A DNA stretch of 64,000 bases from Anaerolineales bacterium (GCA_041686005.1 JAWLER010000006.1:17635-81634), one strand, 5' to 3'. Positions 47,438-57,293 are shown, counted from the first letter of the stretch. Notes: generated by a model not told the origin, from the letters alone. Numbers and translations are program-made.

Positions 47438-48163
47438 ATGGGGCGCGTGATCGGTGTCTTTTCCGCCAAAGGTGGCGTGGGAAAAAGTTTACTCGCTACC
47501 AACTTGGGGGTGTCCGTGGGTGTGGGTCATAAATGACGTACGGTTGTGATTGATCTCAATCCCGGATTGGGGACCGCGGATTTACTCCTTGACCTTGAAC
47601 CGGAACGTTCCTGGGCTGATCTTTTGCCCGTTGTGGACGAGTTGACAGCCCAACATCTCCGGCTGGCGGTGACAGGATATGGACAAAGCTTGGATTTTCT
47701 CGCCTGTCCCTCGTCATTGGGGGAAGGTTGGATGATAGAAAAGGAAGATGTCAAGTCAATCCTGGCCGCCTTTCGGGAAGAATATGAGGTGGTTCTCCTG
47801 GATACTTTCCCCGGTGGTGGAGAAATGAACAGGGCAGCTTACGTCCTCTCCAATATACGCTTGGTTGTCCTCACCCCGGATGCCCCTGCGCTGCAGGCGA
47901 CAAGGCGTTTTTTGGCGGCTATGCCCAAAAACGAGAAGATGACTGCTTTGGTGATCAACCAACACAGCCCTGGAGCGGCGCTTCGGCCGCGAGAAATCGC
48001 GGATCATCTGCAGGAGAGGCTGCTTGGTACACTGCCTGTGGATCCCAGCGGAATCTGGTCTAATGTCAGTTACGGGCAGCCTTGTGTATCACAAAAGAAC
48101 AGCACCTGGGGGAAATCCGTACGGCAGTTGTCCATTATTTTAATGAGCTATATGGACCAATGA
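47438..48163 (+). pseudogene. tadZ: TadZ/CpaE-like ParA/MinD-family ATPase interrupted by an in-frame TGA at 47534-47536
   Basis: ATG 47438 has GGAGGAGG upstream. The deviant Walker A (GVFSAKGGVGKS) lies before the TGA. The same frame continues as RTVVIDLNPGLGTADLLLDL... (track ORF 47546..48163). Confidence 0.7.
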
Positions 48164-48205
48164 TCGACGGACCATAACGTTTCAGGGAGGGATGAGGGGG
48201 CGGAT

Positions 48206-49491
48206 GTGATTGAAAGCCATCAGGCAGGCCTTGAAGACCGGTTGCATCGTTTAGCCAGCGAATTCATCCGATCGCGCTCGGAAAGTGATCAGGAACGTCT
48301 CGCGTTGGTGCAGGACCGAGAATCCCTCTCAGAGATCGTCGCAAAGCTGCTCCAGGGAGAGGAAGAGATCCTTCCCCGGGAGGTGGAGAAGCAGTTGGTG
48401 GAGGCGGTCGTCAACCGCATTGTCGGCTTTGGACCCATCGAACCCTATTTGCATGACCCGCAGGTGACGGAGATCATGGTCAACGCGCCGGACGAGATAT
48501 TTATCGAGAAAAACGGGCAGTTAGAACCTGTTCAGGCTTCCTTCCGGGATGAAGAACATATCCTTAACGTCATCGACCGCATTGTGGCTCCCTTGGGGCG
48601 GCGTGTGGATGAGTCTGTGCCCTTTGTGGACGCCAGGCTGCCGGATGGGTCGCGGGTCAACGCCATTATCCCCCCACTGGCTTTAAACTCACCGGCCTTG
48701 ACCATCCGCCGTTTTTCCGCTGCGCCGTTCACTTTGGCCCGTTTGGTCGATCTGGATACCCTGACGGTTCGCATGGCTCAATTCCTCCAGGCCTGTGTCT
48801 GGGCCCGGATTAATATCATCATCTCGGGCGGGACAGGATCCGGAAAGACATCCACGTTGAAGCCCTCGCTCGCTGTATCCCGGAAGGTGAGCGTCTTGTC
48901 ACCATCGAAGACACTGCTGAACTGCAGTTGATGGCGGATCATTTGGTCTCCCTGGAATCTCGACCTCCCAATATTGAAGGCAAAGGGGAGGTCACCATTC
49001 GCACCCTGGTCCGGAATGCCTTGCGCATGCGCCCCGACCGGATCATCGTGGGAGAGGTCCGGGGTCCGGAGGCGTTTGACATGCTGCAAGCCATGAATAC
49101 CGGGCATCCCGGTTCTCTGACTACGGTTCACGCCAACTCACCTGCCGATGCGATCCGGCGGATCGAATCCATGGTCTTGATGGCAGGATTGGAACTGCCA
49201 CAGCCCGCTATACGGGAGCAAATCGCCAGTGCGGTGGATTTGATCCTCCAACAGGAGCGGCTTCCCGGCGGAAAACGAAAAGTGGTCTCCGTCGCTGAGG
49301 TTCTCTCCTCCCAGGAGGAGGGATGGGAGAGCCTTCAGGTCAACACAGAAGAGATCTTCACTTTTGAACGGCAGGGCCTGGACGATCAAGGTCGCATGAC
49401 AGGGAGGTTTCTCAATACCGGATATCAACCTCAATGCCTGGAGAGGATCGAGCGCAGCGGTTACGTTCTGGGGTATCCATTGGAGATGTGA
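48206..49491 (+). pseudogene. cpaF: CpaF/TadA secretion ATPase with a frame break near 48860-48863
   Basis: Frame 1 carries Walker [13 protein letters not shown] and then runs into nonsense sequence. The -1 frame continues [23 protein letters not shown]...[14 protein letters not shown] (Walker B, Asp and His boxes). A single missing G in AAG(G)CCC would restore one ORF. Confidence 0.8.
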
Positions 49492-50541
49492 ATGCCTTTT
49501 CACGGTTTCGGGGTCCTTGGCTACGGATTGGTTTTGATCGCCGCTTGGCTGGGCAGGAGGTCGCTCTATGCCTTTGTACCGGCCCATCTGACGGTGCTGA
49601 TCGGGATCAGTGGCGGTTTTCTCCTTTTCATGCTGGCTCTGCCGGTCATTGAGATCGCTCGAAGACATGAGTTACGTCAATCCTGGCGAAGACGATTGGA
49701 GAAACGGGAGGGCCTTCCTCGCCCACCCTCTTGGACGCGTTCCTTACTGAAGATCACTCAGCCTGTGAACCGTTTTCTTACCCCCTTTTTTGGAAGGGGA
49801 CTTGGTTTGATGCTGCTTGGTTTGTGGAAAGACGCCGGGTTTGGATCACAGCCTTTCTCTTTGATCCTTTCTATAGGGAGCGTTATAGGAGGGGGTGGTT
49901 TGATTGGCTACCTCTTTACCCGACGCGTATTATTAAGCGGGTTCGCCGGATTTCTGCTTTTGATCGGATTAATCGTTCTGACTTATACGAGAGCCAGAAT
50001 GCAGCGCCGCCAATTCCAGGATCAATTCCCAGGTGTTTTGGATCGGCTGGCTGATTCCCTCCAGGCTGGATTTTCCCTTCCTCAGGCCATATCATTCGTC
50101 ATCCCCAATCTCCCCCCTCCTAGTTCTACTGAAATGGAGCTGATCTCCAATCAAATCCAGATGGGATTTACAGCGGACCAGGCCCTGCGTGACTTGTACC
50201 AGCGGCGCACAAATGAAGATGTCAGGTTGTTGGTGGAGGGCTTGACCTTGCAGCGGCAAGTAGGTGGGAATATGGCAGCTATGATGCGCGACATGGCGGA
50301 GGTGGTCCGGAAGCGGGTTGAACTGGAAAACGAGGTCCGGACCATGACGGCTCAGGGTCGCCTTTCCGCAGTGGTCATCGCCCTTTTGGTGCCGGTTTCT
50401 TTGGGATTGTTGTCAATGTTTCCGGGCTATGTGGATGTCTTGTTCAAAACCACGATAGGCAACCTGATCTTGATCGCTGCCGGAATTTTGGAATCAATCG
50501 GTGCGGTTATCGTCGCCCGTCTGATCCGAATTGAGGTGTGA
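49492..50541 (+). CDS. tadB: type II secretion system F-family protein (TadB-like)
   Basis: 349 aa with N-terminal TM helices and a T2SSF domain (QFPGVLDRLADSLQAGFSLPQA...). Its ATG abuts the cpaF stop. Confidence 0.8.
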   Translation: MPFHGFGVLGYGLVLIAAWLGRRSLYAFVPAHLTVLIGISGGFLLFMLALPVIEIARRHELRQSWRRRLEKREGLPRPPSWTRSLLKITQPVNRFLTPFFGRGLGLMLLGLWKDAGFGSQPFSLILSIGSVIGGGGLIGYLFTRRVLLSGFAGFLLLIGLIVLTYTRARMQRRQFQDQFPGVLDRLADSLQAGFSLPQAISFVIPNLPPPSSTEMELISNQIQMGFTADQALRDLYQRRTNEDVRLLVEGLTLQRQVGGNMAAMMRDMAEVVRKRVELENEVRTMTAQGRLSAVVIALLVPVSLGLLSMFPGYVDVLFKTTIGNLILIAAGILESIGAVIVARLIRIEV

Positions 50542-51413
50542 TGATGGTCATCCTTTATTTGATCGCCATCGTTTTTAGCGCTTTGATATGTATCGTGCTC
50601 CTTTTTTTGAATACCTTGTTCGATCACCGGGCGAAAATCAGGGTCCGAAAGCGTTTTCATTTCGAAACAAAGCCAGATCGGTTCTCTTGGGAAGAAAAAA
50701 TTGTCTCCCTTTTAGAAGCGGTCAAGGCCCCGGATTTTTTCGATCGTCTGGTGAATAAGGAGATGGTAGTTCATTCGGGGATCCGTTTAAACGTGGAGCA
50801 GTATAAATCTTTGTGGTGGATCCTGATTTTAATGGGTACTTTGCTGGGGATGATGAGTGTTTTTTGGGGAGGGAGGGGCATTGGTCGGGGGATTTTGGGA
50901 TTGGTTTTGATCCTTTTCCCTTCGCTGGGTCCTTATCTGGTTCTGAAATGGCGCATACGAGAACGTGAGCGGGAAGTGACCCGGACGTTGCCGGATTTTT
51001 TGGATATGCTTACCTTTACCGTAGAAGCGGGTTTGGGTTTTATACCCGCTTTAAAGAGGGTCAGTAGGGGATACTCGGGCGTATTAGGAGAAGAGCTGCA
51101 GCATGTCTTGGTGCAGATCGAGCTGGGTTTTCCGCGGCGTGAGGCCTTGGAGGCGTTGGTGCGCAGGCTCCCTTCATCCGATGTGGAACATTTTGTGGAA
51201 GCGATTAATTTATCGGAGCAGTTGGGGACATCGCTGGCGAGGACGCTCCGGATCCAGGCGAATCTAATGCGCACCCGCAGGCGCCAGCGCGCAGAGGTCA
51301 AAGCCCAGACAGCGCCCATTCGCATCGTCCCGGCTTTGGTCTTCTTCTTTTTACCGAGTTTGCTGCTGGTTTACCTGGCTCCTCCAATCATTAATTTCCT
51401 TTTCCGGCGTTGA
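50538..51413 (+). CDS. tadC: type II secretion system F-family protein (TadC-like)
   Basis: 291 aa with a T2SSF domain (LPDFLDMLTFTVEAGLGFIPAL...). It has a 4-nt ATGA overlap with tadB. Confidence 0.8.
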   Translation: MMMVILYLIAIVFSALICIVLLFLNTLFDHRAKIRVRKRFHFETKPDRFSWEEKIVSLLEAVKAPDFFDRLVNKEMVVHSGIRLNVEQYKSLWWILILMGTLLGMMSVFWGGRGIGRGILGLVLILFPSLGPYLVLKWRIREREREVTRTLPDFLDMLTFTVEAGLGFIPALKRVSRGYSGVLGEELQHVLVQIELGFPRREALEALVRRLPSSDVEHFVEAINLSEQLGTSLARTLRIQANLMRTRRRQRAEVKAQTAPIRIVPALVFFFLPSLLLVYLAPPIINFLFRR

Positions 51414-51429
51414 GGGATGTAATGTTGAG

Positions 51430-51873
51430 ATGAAGAGAAAGAATGAGAGACCCAATCGATGCCTTTCTGGACAAACGTTGGTGGAGTTTGCTTTCGTGCT
51501 GCCCATTCTATTGTTGCTGATGGTGGCGTTGATTGATTTTGGCATCCTTTTCTATACCCAAATGTCGGTCGTCAACGCGGCTTGGGAGGGAGCGCGGGCT
51601 GGGGCGACGATCGTCGATCCCAGCCGTGGTGATCAAGAGATCATCGGGGCAATTCATGATGCCGCATATGGATTGGATCCGGACCAGTTGGTGATTGACA
51701 TTGACCCGGAGCAGGACGAACCTCCCCGCAATCAGCCTTTTCCAGCACCTCGAGGGCAGCCACTTACTGTGACGGTGCAGTATCACGCAAAGCTCTCCTT
51801 TCCCAATATGGTTGTCCCTCTTACAGGAAGAGCTGTGACCAGGATGGAATATCAGAATGAGGATGGGAAATGA
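51430..51873 (+). CDS. tadE: TadE-like pseudopilin
   Basis: 147 aa with the TadE N-terminal motif GQTLVEFAFVLPILLLLMVALIDFG. Confidence 0.75.
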   Translation: MKRKNERPNRCLSGQTLVEFAFVLPILLLLMVALIDFGILFYTQMSVVNAAWEGARAGATIVDPSRGDQEIIGAIHDAAYGLDPDQLVIDIDPEQDEPPRNQPFPAPRGQPLTVTVQYHAKLSFPNMVVPLTGRAVTRMEYQNEDGK

Positions 51874-52438
51874 AAGAGCGCAGATTGTGATCATCGTGGC
51901 TGTGGTTCTGATGATCACGCTCCTTTTTTTAGCTGTGATCATCGATGGAGCCCGGCTAATGATGGAAAAGCAGGAGTTGAACAGGGTTGCGGATGCGGCG
52001 GGAAAGGCTGGATTGATTGTTGTGGGTGATCAGATGGTGACCCAGGTCGTCCAGGTCCAAACGGCGACAGCAAAGGTATCCTGTACGCCGACGCCAACGA
52101 ACAGCACACCGGGACCAACGTGTACCCCCACCGAGCCCGGGGATGGATTTTACAGGTGGCTGGATGATGATCACAGAGCGACGTTGGTAGCGCCACCCAT
52201 GCAAACCTTGGTAACCACCCATTCTATCGGCTGCGCTGAAGAGAATGGGCGAAGCCTTTCCCACCCAGCGGTGATTGCCATTGATGTGGACTATCCTTAC
52301 CAATATCATCCTGAGGATCAACACTTGCAGATTTATGTGCGGATTAAACGGAAGGTCACCGTGATGTTTGGGTCCATCTTGGGGATCCCAGAAGGAGAAC
52401 TGTCTGGAGACGCAAAACAAAGCATTCCCCAGAGATAA
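51857..52438 (+). CDS. TadG/TadE-family putative pilus assembly protein
   Basis: 193 aa with an N-terminal hydrophobic segment (ERAQIVIIVAVVLMITLLFLAVIIDGARL), as in Tad pseudopilins. It overlaps the end of tadE. Confidence 0.6.
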   Translation: MRMGNERAQIVIIVAVVLMITLLFLAVIIDGARLMMEKQELNRVADAAGKAGLIVVGDQMVTQVVQVQTATAKVSCTPTPTNSTPGPTCTPTEPGDGFYRWLDDDHRATLVAPPMQTLVTTHSIGCAEENGRSLSHPAVIAIDVDYPYQYHPEDQHLQIYVRIKRKVTVMFGSILGIPEGELSGDAKQSIPQR

Positions 52439-52445
52439 AGTCCGT

Positions 52446-53033
52446 TTGTTGGCTTTTCTGATCCGTATTGCTCCACACCTGGGGATGGCCGGGGTGACCT
52501 CCGGTCTGGGTTATTATTTGGGCCGTTGGGTTCCTGGTGCAGGAAGGGTATATCTAATGGGTGTGACCTGGGGGTTGTTGATTGGTCTTTACATATTGGA
52601 AGAGGAACCAGGGTGGAATGTGGCTTTATTGCTGGGATTCGCGTTGGCAGCAGGGGCGCTGTTAGAGGGGGTGAATGTCGAAGTCGTTCATGGGAAGGTT
52701 TGGCGTACGCTGGTTTTCTGCTTGGGCCTGTCTTTTGTTGGAGGTGCATTTTCGGGTCCAATCGCCCGCCGAGCGGGGATCTACCTTTTTCCTTTGGCGA
52801 TCCTCTATCTTTTGGGGTGGGTGTTGTTGACGATCTTCCCCCTCCCTGGGCCATGGATGTCTTGGTGGGCGCTTCTGGGACTGCTCCTTTTTCTCCTTAT
52901 TGGGGTCTCAACCATCAGCGGGGGGAAAATTGCGGGCGGTGAGGGCAGCCCTATATCGCCAGCCAGCGATCTCTTCGTGGTCGGGTTCAACCTCTTTTGG
53001 CTGGCGGCGGTGTTTTGGGGAACATTGGCTTGA
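52446..53033 (+). CDS. polytopic membrane protein (weak BI-1/YccA-like C-terminus)
   Basis: About 6 hydrophobic helices. The C-terminal ..ASDLFVVGFNLFWL.. weakly resembles the BI-1/YccA tail. The start is uncertain (TTG 52446/52449 or ATG 52485; the track ORF starts at 52368 and overlaps the previous gene). Confidence 0.45.
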   Translation: MLAFLIRIAPHLGMAGVTSGLGYYLGRWVPGAGRVYLMGVTWGLLIGLYILEEEPGWNVALLLGFALAAGALLEGVNVEVVHGKVWRTLVFCLGLSFVGGAFSGPIARRAGIYLFPLAILYLLGWVLLTIFPLPGPWMSWWALLGLLLFLLIGVSTISGGKIAGGEGSPISPASDLFVVGFNLFWLAAVFWGTLA

Positions 53034-53098
53034 ACATCTTAAGTACGACTCCTAGATCGTGTCCACGATCTTGAGATTCAGATGGGCTCCGGGGTAAA

Positions 53099-53710
53099 AT
53101 GGGGGTTGTAATCCCTGGCGGTCTTATGAAGAAAACGCTGAAGCTGATCGGGAGGATTCTTTTAGGCGGCCTGATCCTGTTGGTAGCCTTCGTGTTCTTC
53201 CTGGAAATTGGGACCCGGCGCTATGTCAAGAACAGGGTCCCCCTGGGGACCATCGAGTTCGTGGTCTGTGATGAGTCCAAATATCCGATAGACGAAGAGA
53301 AAATCCGAGTCCTGGACGGGCTGGTCCAGGCCAGAAAAGAGGGGCATGAGATCACCCGGGAGGACCTGGATGCGGCCATGATCGTGGTCCGGGAAGAGGA
53401 TATGACCCGGATCAACGGGGTGTACTGCAACGGGCTGATCTACGTCAGCGAGGCGCTTCCGGAGAGGGCCATGTACTACGTGGCCCGCCACGAGCTGGAG
53501 CACGTCTTCCAGCACAAGGGGGTCACCAGAGTATGCGAGAATGACGAGTACTGCGCGAATTGGATCGCCGGGTCAGAGTACCCATTGGGATTGCTGCAAA
53601 CCATCGTTTCCTCCCTGGTCCGGGCCTACCGCCTTTACCCCTCGGTGTGGGCTTTCCTGTACGGCTCATGGCGGATTTTCAAAGTTTACTTCCTCGGGGT
53701 AGGTGGATAA
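53099..53710 (+). CDS. membrane-anchored protein with an HExxH motif (putative zinc metallopeptidase)
   Basis: N-terminal TM helix and HELEH within ARHELEHVFQH. No further family assignment. The start may be ATG 53126. Confidence 0.5.
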   Translation: MGVVIPGGLMKKTLKLIGRILLGGLILLVAFVFFLEIGTRRYVKNRVPLGTIEFVVCDESKYPIDEEKIRVLDGLVQARKEGHEITREDLDAAMIVVREEDMTRINGVYCNGLIYVSEALPERAMYYVARHELEHVFQHKGVTRVCENDEYCANWIAGSEYPLGLLQTIVSSLVRAYRLYPSVWAFLYGSWRIFKVYFLGVGG

Positions 53711-53946
53711 TGGGATACCTCAACCTTAGCATTCCTCTCAGCCCATAGGTAGTTAGAAAGCTTTGATCGAACTCCCTCCGGTTTCTATGGGAAACCTTAT
53801 CCTGAATCCAGTTTAAAATTTTAAGGATAATTTGCGATAGATTCTGTGTCTTTTTCCTTGTCAAAGGGCATAGGCTCTGTACAAAGCGCATGAAGCTGTG
53901 TTATAAAAAGGGTATCCGGATTGAATGAAGCATTGAGGAACGGAGG

Positions 53947-54465
53947 ATGGCAGGGATCAGGCAGGGCGGCATCAAATTCTGGCATGTGATGGTCGTCACC
54001 GGGCTGGTGCTGATCGTCACCGGACTGGTGCTCATCCTCGTCCCGGATGGGCCTGGGGAATCGGGGACGATCACCATCGAGATTTTCGGCGCCAGTTTTG
54101 AAGGCAGCGAAATGGGCCTCGCCCTGATGGTCCTGGCCATCGCCTGTTTCCTGATCGGGCAAAAAGATCGCGCTGACACCCAGAAATATCAATCCATGCG
54201 CAAGGACCTCCAGAAAACGAGTAAAATCACCGCCAAACTGGTGGCCGACAATGTGGAGCAGTCACTCCGGCAGGTGCCCGGGGATGCCCAGGAGTGGTTG
54301 AAAGAACGAGCGCTGGATTGGGACGACTATCAGGAAGAGCTGCAGACGATCCGGAATTGGGAGGAGGAGACGTTCGAGGAGGAGCATGCCATCCGGCATG
54401 CCGAGCGGGGAATAGAGTTGTTGGAGGCCCTGGAGCGCGAGGGGTATTCCTTCAAGCAGAAGTAA
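53947..54465 (+). CDS. hypothetical membrane protein
   Basis: 172 aa with two TM helices followed by a charged helical C-terminal half. Confidence 0.45.
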   Translation: MAGIRQGGIKFWHVMVVTGLVLIVTGLVLILVPDGPGESGTITIEIFGASFEGSEMGLALMVLAIACFLIGQKDRADTQKYQSMRKDLQKTSKITAKLVADNVEQSLRQVPGDAQEWLKERALDWDDYQEELQTIRNWEEETFEEEHAIRHAERGIELLEALEREGYSFKQK

Positions 54466-54586
54466 ATACCGGCACGAATAAAGACCTGGAAAGGTGATCG
54501 CCAGCAAGACCGGGAGGAGGATACGGGTCCCGGTTTAAGGGTGTACTGCCTTGTCTTGAGAAGGTAGGAGCCTTAAAAGACACAGG

Positions 54587-54658
54587 TGAGCGTGGAGGGA
54601 ATCGAACCCCCAACCAATGGCTTAAAAGGCCACTGCTCTGCCATTGAGCTACACGCCC
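54587..54658 (-). tRNA. tRNA-Lys (anticodon UUU)
   Basis: The reverse complement GGGCGTGTAGCTCAATGGCAGAGCAGTGGCCTTTTAAGCCATTGGTTGGGGGTTCGATTCCCTCCACGCTCA folds as a cloverleaf. It has a 7-bp acceptor stem, anticodon loop CTTTTAA and T-loop TTCGATT. CCA is not fully encoded. Confidence 0.92.
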
Positions 54659-55107
54659 ACTTGCTGGGAGATTTTATCATGCCCGATGGAGCGCGTCAAC
54701 TCGGTCCAGGGGAGTGGCAGCTGTGGGCTTGGAATCATTGGGGAAGGAGTCAGGGAAAGAATTCAGGATGGTCATCGCTTCTGAATTCCCCTGGAGTCTT
54801 TCAAAATCTCCCAAGGCTGAGGAGGATGCGGAGGGGCGAAGATGACACACATAGACAGGGGTGCGCAGGTGAAAAACACCCATATATAGGGGTGTTTATG
54901 GAATATTGGCATAAATCTTGCACCGGATGGAGTAGCGGCACGCCCGTCAGGGAAGGATTGGAAAGGAAGAGGATCGAGGACGGATGTAGTAGGATATTGT
55001 CTTTCTTATAAAGCGACTGCTGTAGCATGGATCTACCCTGGATGGTCATGACGGCTTCCGGCAATGAGGCATAAGGTGTTTTTCAAGTGGAACAGGGAAG
55101 GGGTCAG

Positions 55108-55302
55108 ATGAACAGAAAAACGAAGTTTTTGTGGTGTCCTGTGTGCATGGTTCACACCTATCACGCCAAGGGGGAACGGGGTTGGTGTTGTCTCAATGAA
55201 GATCACGAAAAGTTCCTGCAAATGAGAAGCGACCCTTGGATCGAAAAGTACCGGACTGAGCACGGGGTCCTGACCCCGACCCTTGAGAAGGGGGAGCGCT
55301 AA
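55108..55302 (+). CDS. small zinc-ribbon-like hypothetical protein
   Basis: 64 aa starting at ATG 55108 (GAAGGGG upstream), with CPVC...CC..DH cysteine/histidine spacing. Support is weak. Confidence 0.35.
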   Translation: MNRKTKFLWCPVCMVHTYHAKGERGWCCLNEDHEKFLQMRSDPWIEKYRTEHGVLTPTLEKGER

Positions 55303-55533
55303 GGGGGGAAACGTCCTTTCACGCTGATGCAGGGGAGGGGGTATCCTATTCGGGGAAAGGAGTGGTCAACCGGCTTTATCTTACTTATATTTATTTACTG
55401 ATCGGGAGAAAGGGACCCCTTTCTCCTGTTGTATTTGCAGGGGGAGAGGCCTAAATTCGATCCTGCCGGCCCTAAGACAGCGCGGGGGTACCCCTCCCCT
55501 GAGTCAATCCAGGTAGCTATCCCGGGGGTATAC

Positions 55534-57129
55534 TCAATCCCAAATGTTTGGTTTGCAATATTCTTTTTCCCCCTCGAGGAGAACATACCAGACATCGTTT
55601 TCCCGGAAGGTGGTGTAGTTGCGCCACAGGTTTCGATTCTGGTTTAATAGTTTTTTCGCCCGGTACCGAGACCAAAGAAAACCCTGCCATGAGGCAGGTC
55701 GGTCCCGCAGCAGGGCTGCCCGGCAGGCGAGGGAAGCTCCCAGTTCATTCTGTTGTGATGGCGTCAGCCGGGGGCTGTCTGCAAGGCGTATCAGCTGGGG
55801 GACAGAGTCATTGGATAAGCCTGTCAGGTAATCGATATCGATGGGCTGTTCATCCGCAGCCCGGCTGACGTTTCGCCGGGTGATGAAGGCATCGACGTTG
55901 ATCGCGTTCAGCGTGATCACGAAGCCGAGCACGGCGATGAGTCCGGCGGTGGTGAAGTACCGCCATTGATGGAGGATCTCCAGGACCAGGATGCTCAGGA
56001 AAAGGACCCCGATCCACAGGATGCAAACGTGGGCGTAGGTCCGCAGGCGAGTAAAACCGTAGGCCATTTCGTAGAGGCGCAGTCGTTGGAAGGAAGAGGC
56101 CAGGATGACGCCGACAAAGACGGTCAGGGAGATGGTCAAGCCGGTGAAAATCCTTTTGGACCGGCGGGTCTCCCGGCGGGTGATGGAACTCAGAAGCATG
56201 AAAAGCAGGAGGGAGATAAAGGCCGCTGCCAAGAGTTCGCCAAAACCGCGCCGGGCGTATTCCGCGTAGGTATAGCCCTGCAGGGAGATGTTTTTTTTCC
56301 CTCCGAAGAAGTATCGCAGCTGGATGGTGACGAAGGAGAAGAAGAGCAGGTTCACGCTGCCGAGGATGATCGTTGTCTCTGTGAAGCCGAGAAACCTGGG
56401 AGGCCATGTATCTCCTTTCCCGATCAGCGGTTCTTCTTCGCTTTTCAGCAGTGCATAGAGCATCAGTCCGGCGGTCAGGAAAGTCCAGATCATGATCAAC
56501 ACCAGACGGGCGATGTATTCGGGGAGCTTTTCGAGTTTCAGGTATTCGATCAGATCCTGAAGGCGGTCTGCAAAGATGGGATCTGCCGCAGCAAATAACG
56601 CAGCGAAGACAGCCAGAACGGGCAGGGCGAGCAGAACCCCTCTCAGGTAGGGGAGAGCGCGCTTCCAGAAAGAAGGTCTTGATTTTACCTCTCCCTCTTC
56701 TTCCTGTTCCTGCTTTTCCCCCTCGTTTTTTTCTGAAATGAGGTTGATGGGCAGGATCAATGCGTTGAGGAGGAGTTTAAACCCACCCACCAGGTAATCG
56801 ACCAGGCTGAACCGGAACCAACGTCCGCTCCGGAAGCTGAGCAACAAAACCGCGCCGATTCCCAGGGACGTAAGGTGGTTGAGGGCGTGTGTGAACGGTT
56901 CTTGGCGGATAAAGGAGAGCAGAGAGAAGAGCAAGACCCCGCCTATCAGACCAAAGCTTAGAGCCGCAGGGCGTTGTTTCTCCCTTTGCGCCAGAAAGAG
57001 GAGGGCTCCGACGGCGAGGAGGATATGGATGGCAAAGGACACCCCGAGCGGTTTTTGCCAGTAGAGTAAATCAAATCCCCAGCCCACAACGAGGGCGGTT
57101 AGCCAGAGAGCTTGTTTATCTTTAACCAT
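55534..57129 (-). CDS. large polytopic membrane protein (DUF4153/DUF4173-like)
   Basis: 531 aa with more than 10 hydrophobic segments and an acidic loop (EKNEGEKQEQEEEGE). The family call is from general resemblance only. Confidence 0.6.
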   Translation of the reverse strand: MVKDKQALWLTALVVGWGFDLLYWQKPLGVSFAIHILLAVGALLFLAQREKQRPAALSFGLIGGVLLFSLLSFIRQEPFTHALNHLTSLGIGAVLLLSFRSGRWFRFSLVDYLVGGFKLLLNALILPINLISEKNEGEKQEQEEEGEVKSRPSFWKRALPYLRGVLLALPVLAVFAALFAAADPIFADRLQDLIEYLKLEKLPEYIARLVLIMIWTFLTAGLMLYALLKSEEEPLIGKGDTWPPRFLGFTETTIILGSVNLLFFSFVTIQLRYFFGGKKNISLQGYTYAEYARRGFGELLAAAFISLLLFMLLSSITRRETRRSKRIFTGLTISLTVFVGVILASSFQRLRLYEMAYGFTRLRTYAHVCILWIGVLFLSILVLEILHQWRYFTTAGLIAVLGFVITLNAINVDAFITRRNVSRAADEQPIDIDYLTGLSNDSVPQLIRLADSPRLTPSQQNELGASLACRAALLRDRPASWQGFLWSRYRAKKLLNQNRNLWRNYTTFRENDVWYVLLEGEKEYCKPNIWD

Positions 57130-57284
57130 GGCGGAACTCCTTTGCTATCCTTTTTTGTGGGTGGACCAGGGCTCTTGTTGGAAATATGAAGGGGAGATGA
57201 ACTATGTGAGATAGGCAAGGCATGCCTTTGGTGATTGATATTTGTTATAAATGGACCCGGGCAGCGCGGTTTCAGTTCCCCTTC

Positions 57285-57293
57285 ATTCTAGCA
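57285..57293 (-). promoter_or_regulatory. extended -10 element (TGCTAGAAT) upstream of the 531-aa membrane protein gene
   Basis: The minus strand reads ..CCATGCTAGAATGAAGG.., about 155 nt upstream of ATG 57129. Confidence 0.35.

Noticed and set aside
48857-48865. Programmed -1 ribosomal frameshift in cpaF.
   Set aside because: There is no X-XXY-YYZ slippery heptamer at the junction (G-TTG-AAG-CCC) and no obvious downstream pseudoknot or hairpin. A 1-nt indel or sequencing error is the simpler explanation.
54400-55530. An integrase, att repeat or prophage remnant next to tRNA-Lys.
   Set aside because: There is no tyrosine or serine recombinase ORF. Only short, weak ORFs are present, and the track ORF 54586..55011 overlaps the tRNA on the opposite strand and is spurious.
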